This document shows positions 58,870-64,000 of a stretch of 64,000 bases of DNA, piece after piece (positions within the stretch are counted from its first letter, which is position 1; every line of letters begins with the position of its first letter). A program made the position numbers and the translations under genes. Source of the stretch: an uncultured Chloroflexia bacterium. Its GTDB lineage: Bacteria; Chloroflexota; Limnocylindria; QHBO01. The notes under the pieces were generated by a model that searched no databases, was not told the DNA's origin, and saw only the letters and a program-made list of their open reading frames with translations. Location of the stretch: NCBI GenBank assembly GCA_963827475.1, contig CAWHAZ010000005.1, positions 608,001 to 672,000 of the forward strand, given 5' to 3'.

Positions 58870-60115
58870 CTAGGCGGCTTCCGGCAGGCGGGGGGTTCGA
58901 CGTCGCCCGGCGCTCGCTGGCGGCCACCCAGCTCGTCAGCCGGCGTCGACGCCGTTCCACGAGCAGCCGGGCTCGACCGATGCGGTCGATGCTCCCGCCG
59001 CGGCCGAGCGCGAGCGCCAGGTCGAGGACGCGCGACGCGGCGCGGGTCGCCTCGAGGGCGCCGGGAAGGTCGTCCGCGTGGCGCTCCCGGATGCGCGCCA
59101 CCTCGATCCAGGCCAGGGCCGCCTCCACCGTTCCGCTGCGCGCCGTTTCGCGCCACATCGCCTCCGCCCGGGTCGCATCGCCACCCGCGATCAGCAGCCG
59201 CGACGCCAGCCGGCGAAGCCGGATCGGCTCCTCTCCGAGGCTGGCCGCGGGGGACGAGAACCCACCTCCGAGGACCCCTTCCAGCACCTCGAGGGCGTCA
59301 CCGGCATCGCCGTCGCGGAGCAGCTCGAGCGCCAGCCCTCGGTGGTCCACCAGCGATCCGTCCCGCCAGCCACCACCCCGCAGCCGGCCCATTTCGGCGT
59401 CGAGCAGGGCGAGGGACGCGACGTCCTGGGCGTTGTGGTCGATGACCGCCGACAGCAGGTCCGGCGAGGCCCCGGCCAGGTAGGCGAACCACCGTTGCGG
59501 GACCTCGCTCGACGGGCAGTCGTTGCGACGGCGGATGTCGAGCACGCCGCGTTCGATGTCGGCGAGTCGGGCGCTGCCCAGGATCCGGCGCCACAGGCGA
59601 CGGGCGACGGGCAGCAGGTCGTCATGGCGGGCGGGCAGCTCGACGAGGCCGCGGCCCAGGCCGTGGATCGTCATCCGGGCGGCGAGCAGCGGAATATCGA
59701 AGCCGCGCCCGTTGTACGTCACCATCCGGTCCAGACCGGCCATCCAGCTCATGACCGTGCGAAGGAGCGCCGGCTCCTCGGGGTAGTCCGGCAGCAGCGC
59801 CTGGCGCACGACGATCGCGCCGTCGTCGAGCCGGCCAACGGCGGCGAGGATCACCACCGTCCCGGCCCCGGTCGAGAGGCCCGTGGTCTCGGTGTCGAGG
59901 TAGCCGGTGGTTGCGCCCCTTGCCAACCGGTCCGCCACGGCCGGCGGCAGCGGGATGCGGCGCTCGACCAAGGCCACTCGCCCGCCATGGATCGAGGTGA
60001 GCCGAGCCCCGTCCCAGGCCGCGAGCCGGGCCGCGACGTCGTCGTTGCGCGCCACCGGCAACGGCCGTGGACCGCGCTCGGCGCGGATCGCCTCCAGGCG
60101 TTGCTCGAGGGTCAT
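58870..60115 (-). CDS. YprB/MrfB-like DEDD exonuclease (RNase_H_2) with helical C-terminus
   Basis: YLDTETTGL, VTYNGRGFDIP, HDDLL..ARRLW, HNAQDV. Removing one base from the G run at 58890-58895 restores PRLPEAA-TAG at 58870. Confidence 0.82.
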
Positions 60116-62407
60116 CCGGTCGTGGCGGCCAGCTCGCTGAGCAACTCGAGTGCGGTCGCCTTGCCCCGCGGACCAACCTCGGTGGGCGGTCCCACGCATC
60201 CGGGACAGCCCTCGAGACACGGACAGTCGCGGACCGCGTCGCGACACATTTCGAGCAAGTCGGTCCCACAGGTCGTGGAGCCGTTCGGTCAAACCGACGC
60301 CGCCGGGAACCGCGTCGTACAGATAGAGCGTCGGCCGGCCGGTGAACGGTGCCTGCACCTGCGCAAGGACCCCGAGGTCGCGCGGGTCGCACATGAGCAG
60401 GAGCGCGCCGGTCGTGCGTGCCACGCGCGCGAGCCCGATGAGCGCACCGTCGAGCGTGTCTCGGTCATAGCGGTTGACGAGCTCGGCGGGAGGCACGAGC
60501 CACGTCGATGTGGTGTGCATCTCCTGCTCGGGAATGCTGATCGAGCCCCAGCCGACGTTCTCGTGGGTGTGGTATTTGAGCTTCTTGAACATGGTCACCT
60601 TCCAGGCGACCATCACCTCGCCGCGCTGCCGCCGGCCGGCCGGCGGCGCATCGGTCTCCTCGAAGACCTCGAGCACCTTGAGCGTGATGCCGAGGTCGGC
60701 ATCGGTGTAGTAGTCGACATCCGTCTGGGTGACGTAGGCCTTGCGCTCCGCCCAGTCGAGGCGGTCGACATGGTGCTGAACGCCCTGGTGGATGTAGATC
60801 GCCTTCTCGTGCACGAAGAGGGGAGCGGCAAACAGGTCGATCTCGCCCAGGACACGGTGCCGGTCGCCGGTGGTGTCAATGATCACGACGTTCTCGGGCG
60901 CCCCGGTGCGGAGGCTGAAGTCGCTGGCTGGGAAGTTCTCGTGGCTCCAGTAGTACCGGTCGTCGTCCGCGCGCCGGATCCAGCCGTCCTCCTCGAGGAC
61001 CTCGAGCAGGGTCGGCGTCTCTTCGATACCAAAGCGCTCGGTGGCGGGCACCGGGAGCTCGAAGGTGGAGGCCCGCAGGTGATTCAGGAGCACGTGCAGG
61101 TTGTCCGGGTTCACGAGCCCGTGCTCCGGCGATTGATCAAACAGGTACTCGGGATGGGCGGCGAGGAACTGGTCGATGGGGGCCGACGAGCAGATGAGCG
61201 CCGAGAGGCTCGTCCCGCTCCGGCGGCCGGCGCGACCCATCTGCTGCCAGGTGCTGGCGATCGTGCCCGGGTAACCGACGCTGATGGCGGCATCGAGGCT
61301 GCCGATGTCGATCCCCAGCTCGAGGGCGTTGGTGGCGACCACGCCCCGCACGCGGCCGTCGCGCAGCCCATCCTCGATGGCGTGCCGTTCGTTCGGGAGG
61401 TAGCCACCGCGGTACCCGCGAATCGTGTGGGGATGGCCGGGGGGCGGGGCAAACGTCTCGCGGAGGTAGCTGGTGAGAACCTCCACAGCGGTGCGCGAGC
61501 GCGCGAACGCGATGGTCTGCACGCCGCCACCGATGAGCCGCTCCGCCAGGTGCTGCCCGGTGAGGAGCGCCGAGCCACGGATCCCCAGCTGCTCGTTGGC
61601 GACTGGCGGGTTGACGACGAGGATGTGCCGGCGGCCGGACGGCGCGCCGTTGTCGTCGATCAGCTCGACCGGTGCATCCAGCACGCGCTCGGCGAGCTCG
61701 CGCGGGTTGGCGATCGTCGCGCTGGCGCAGATGAAGATCGGGTCCGAGCCGTAGTGGTTGCAGATCCGCCGCAGCCGGCGCACGACGTTGGCGACGTGTG
61801 AGCCGAAGATCCCGCGGTACGTGTGCAGCTCGTCGATGACGACGAATTGCAGGTTCTCGAACAGCTTGAACCACTTCGTGTGGTGCGGAAGGATCGCCGC
61901 ATGGAGCATGTCCGGGTTGGTGATGACGACCTGCCCGGCGGCGCGAACGACCGACCGGACGTTCGGCGGAGTGTCTCCGTCGTACGTGTGCGTCTTCAGG
62001 GCCAGCGCCGCGGTGTCGGCGAGCGACCGAAGCTCGACCAGCTGGTCCGCGGCGAGGGCCTTGGTTGGAAACAGGTAGAGGGCGCGCGCGGTCTCGTCCT
62101 TCGCGACGGCGTCGAGGACCGGCAGGTTGTAGCAGAGCGTCTTTCCCGAGGCGGTGGGAGTAACGACCACCACGTTCTTGCGTTGCCGAACCGACTCCAG
62201 GGCCTGGGTCTGGTGGGTCCATAGCGCCTCGACGCCTCGTTCGCGGAGGGCGGCGATCAGGCGGGGATCGAGGTCCTCGGGCCACGGCGCGTATCGCGGT
62301 GGTCGCGGTTCGATGATCCGATGGGCAGTGGTCAGGCGCTCGAGCCAGGGGTCGTCGAGGATCGCCTCGATGGCCTCCTCGGCGGAGACCGGTCGGTTGG
62401 CCAGCAT
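60112..62407 (-). CDS. DEAD/DEAH helicase with DUF1998 (MrfA/YprA/SftH/Hrq1 family; apparent frameshift ~60262)
   Basis: TPTASGKT, PTKALAADQ, TNPDMLH, DELH, SATIAN, YRGGY, ATNALELGIDIG, QQMGRAGR, LYDAVPGGVG. The shifted frame gives CPCLEGCPGC and a TGA overlapping the next ATG. Confidence 0.92.
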
Positions 62408-62444
62408 GGTCGTATCGGCACCTCGCACGGAGATCGGCTGGCAA

Positions 62445-62464
62445 AATAGCACACGCGTTCTATT
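62445..62464. promoter_or_regulatory. Putative LexA (SOS/Cheo-type) operator overlapping the helicase promoter
   Basis: AATA-GCAC-ACGC-GTTC-TATT is one mismatch from GAAC-N4-GTTC, has palindromic flanks and overlaps the minus-strand extended -10 TGCTATTTT. Confidence 0.65.
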
Positions 62465-62544
62465 CTGAGACCGATTCTCGTGCGCCGGATCGTCTCCCGC
62501 GTCGTGACAGGTCGCGTGTCGCGCAGTGGTACCGTTGCCCGCCG

Positions 62545-63789
62545 ATGATCCGGACCACGCCCTTTCACGAACGGACGGCCGCCCTGAACGAGACCGGGCT
62601 GTGGCAGCACTGGGCGGGGCATCTGAGCGCGAACCGCTACCAGGTCTCCGACAAGTTCGAGTACTTCGCGGTCCGCAACGCGGCGGGGATCTTCGACACC
62701 TCGCCGCTGTACAAGTACCGATTCGCCGGGCCCGACGCGGAGCGGTTCCTGTCCGGGATGCTCGCCCGCGACATCCGAGCCTGCCCGCCGTGGCACGCCC
62801 AGTACACCTGCTGGCTGGACGACCGCGGGTTCGTGATGGAGGACGGGGTCATCCAGCACCTGGATCCCGAGGAGTACCTGCTGACCAGCGCAGAGCCGAA
62901 CTTCGCGTACTTCGCGGATCGCATCGGCAGGCTGGACGTACTTGTCGAGGACGTCAGCCTCGACATCGGCGCACTCGCCATCCAGGGGCCGCGGTCCCGC
63001 GACCTGCTGACCGCGCTGGTTCCCGGCACCCGCGACCTCGCCTTCTTCGCCATCACCAGCGGCGAGATCGGCGGCCGCCCGGTGAAGGTCAGCCGTACCG
63101 GCTACACCGGTGACCTGGGCTACGAGGTCTGGTGCGCGACGTCCGACGCGGTGGCGGTGTGGGACACGCTGTGGGAGGCGTGCGACGGCAACGGGGTGCT
63201 GCCCTATGGGCTGGCCGCCCTGTACATGCTCAGGATCGAGGCGGGGCTGCTGTTGCTGGGCAAGGACTTCGACTCGACCCGGTTCGCGTTCAACGACGCC
63301 CATCGGTCGACCCCGCTCGAGCTCGGCTGGGCGTGGATGTTCAAGGGACTGACCGATGACGACCGTGCCTTCATCGGTCGCCGCGCCCTCGAGCGGGAGC
63401 TCGACGAGAAGTCCTCACGCTGGAAGATGTGCGGGCTGGTCGTCGACTGGGAGGACTACGACCGGGTCTACGGCCAGGCGGGGCTCATCCCGCCGAAGGA
63501 CCACCGCCCGGTCCACGAGGACTGGATGGTCTACGACGACGAGGGCAAACGAGTGGGCTACGCGACCAGCTTCATGTACTCGCCTGTTCTCCAGCGCCAT
63601 ATCGCCCTGGCCCGAGTCCGGCCGGACCTGGCGAAGGTCGGTACTCGCGTATTCCTCGAGTTCACGGTGGACCATCATTACCAGAAGGTCGCCGCCCACG
63701 TGGCGCGCCTGCCCCTCTATAACCCGGAGCGGAAGACCGCCATGAGCAACGGCACCGCGAGCAGCGGCACCACGAGCAACGGCGCGTGA
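62545..63789 (+). CDS. Aminomethyltransferase (GcvT/DmdA-like folate-binding) family protein
   Basis: TPFH, EYFAVRNAAGIFDTSPL, QGPRS, SRTGYTGDLGYEV, LRIEAG, FIGR.AL. Confidence 0.9.
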   Translation: MIRTTPFHERTAALNETGLWQHWAGHLSANRYQVSDKFEYFAVRNAAGIFDTSPLYKYRFAGPDAERFLSGMLARDIRACPPWHAQYTCWLDDRGFVMEDGVIQHLDPEEYLLTSAEPNFAYFADRIGRLDVLVEDVSLDIGALAIQGPRSRDLLTALVPGTRDLAFFAITSGEIGGRPVKVSRTGYTGDLGYEVWCATSDAVAVWDTLWEACDGNGVLPYGLAALYMLRIEAGLLLLGKDFDSTRFAFNDAHRSTPLELGWAWMFKGLTDDDRAFIGRRALERELDEKSSRWKMCGLVVDWEDYDRVYGQAGLIPPKDHRPVHEDWMVYDDEGKRVGYATSFMYSPVLQRHIALARVRPDLAKVGTRVFLEFTVDHHYQKVAAHVARLPLYNPERKTAMSNGTASSGTTSNGA

Positions 63790-64000
63790 CAGACCGATAC
63801 GACGCCGATCGTCGTCGGCGGCGGCCACAACGGCCTGGTCAACGGCGCTTATCTCGCCCGCGGTGGCCTGAAGACGCTCATTCTCGAGCAGCGTCACCTG
63901 GTTGGTGGAGCGGCCATCACCGAGGAGTTGCGGCCGGGTTTCTGGTTCACGACCTTCTCGTACGCCCTGTCGCTGCTGCGGCCGCAGATCATCCAGGAGC
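63786..64000 (+). CDS. FAD-dependent oxidoreductase, phytoene dehydrogenase-like (partial; apparent frameshift ~63806)
   Basis: The corrected reading is [52 protein letters not shown]...[12 protein letters not shown]. Confidence 0.82.
   Translation, partial: MTDRYDADRRRRRPQRPGQRRLSRPRWPEDAHSRAASPGWWSGHHRGVAAGFLVHDLLVRPVAAAAADHPG

Noticed and set aside
60112-62407. DISARM DrmAB or Druantia-type defence helicase
   Set aside because: A single-chain helicase+DUF1998 followed by a YprB-like exonuclease fits MrfAB/SftH repair. No methylase or drmD/drmC is present.
56888-62452. 1854-aa helicase-exonuclease-TPR giant fusion ORF
   Set aside because: The DUF1998 CPC..GCPGC motif and its TGA lie in a shifted frame, and a TAG appears on correcting the G run at 58890. 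It is three genes joined by indels.

Overview
High-GC bacterial chromosomal segment made mostly of core and housekeeping genes. There is no CRISPR array, integrase, transposase or prophage. The marker mix (transcriptional valS T-box, GAAC-N4-GTTC-type SOS box, DUF4446, rodA-pbpA, cyanophycin genes) points to a Terrabacteria lineage, probably Chloroflexota (inference). Gene order, 1-23 kb: HD-GYP end, a secreted Pro-rich protein, 2-oxo-acid dehydrogenase operon, thioesterase, M20 peptidase, a CphA-like protein lacking the ATP-grasp domain, cphA-cphB, J-domain protein, M16 pair, tRNA-Lys, tRNA-Leu-tig-clpP-clpX. 24-43 kb: T-box-valS, Zn-ribbon and CpaE-like genes, fhaA-fhaB-rodA-pbpA, moxR-DUF58-transglutaminase, class V aminotransferase, rarA. 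43-64 kb: a membrane BTAD regulator, UvrD-RecB nuclease fusion, murI, ychF, PfkB/META, TPR-adenylate cyclase, mrfAB-like repair pair, GcvT-like gene and an FAD oxidoreductase. About 14 single-base indels, probably long-read errors, split or falsely fuse genes; the 1854-aa ORF is three genes. The best candidate for an undescribed system is the extended cyanophycin locus: an N+Mur-only CphA paralog and a carboxypeptidase-G2-like M20 peptidase share a 24-bp bidirectional leaderless promoter next to cphBA. Leaderless promoters recur across the window. All calls come from motif recognition by eye; no searches were run.
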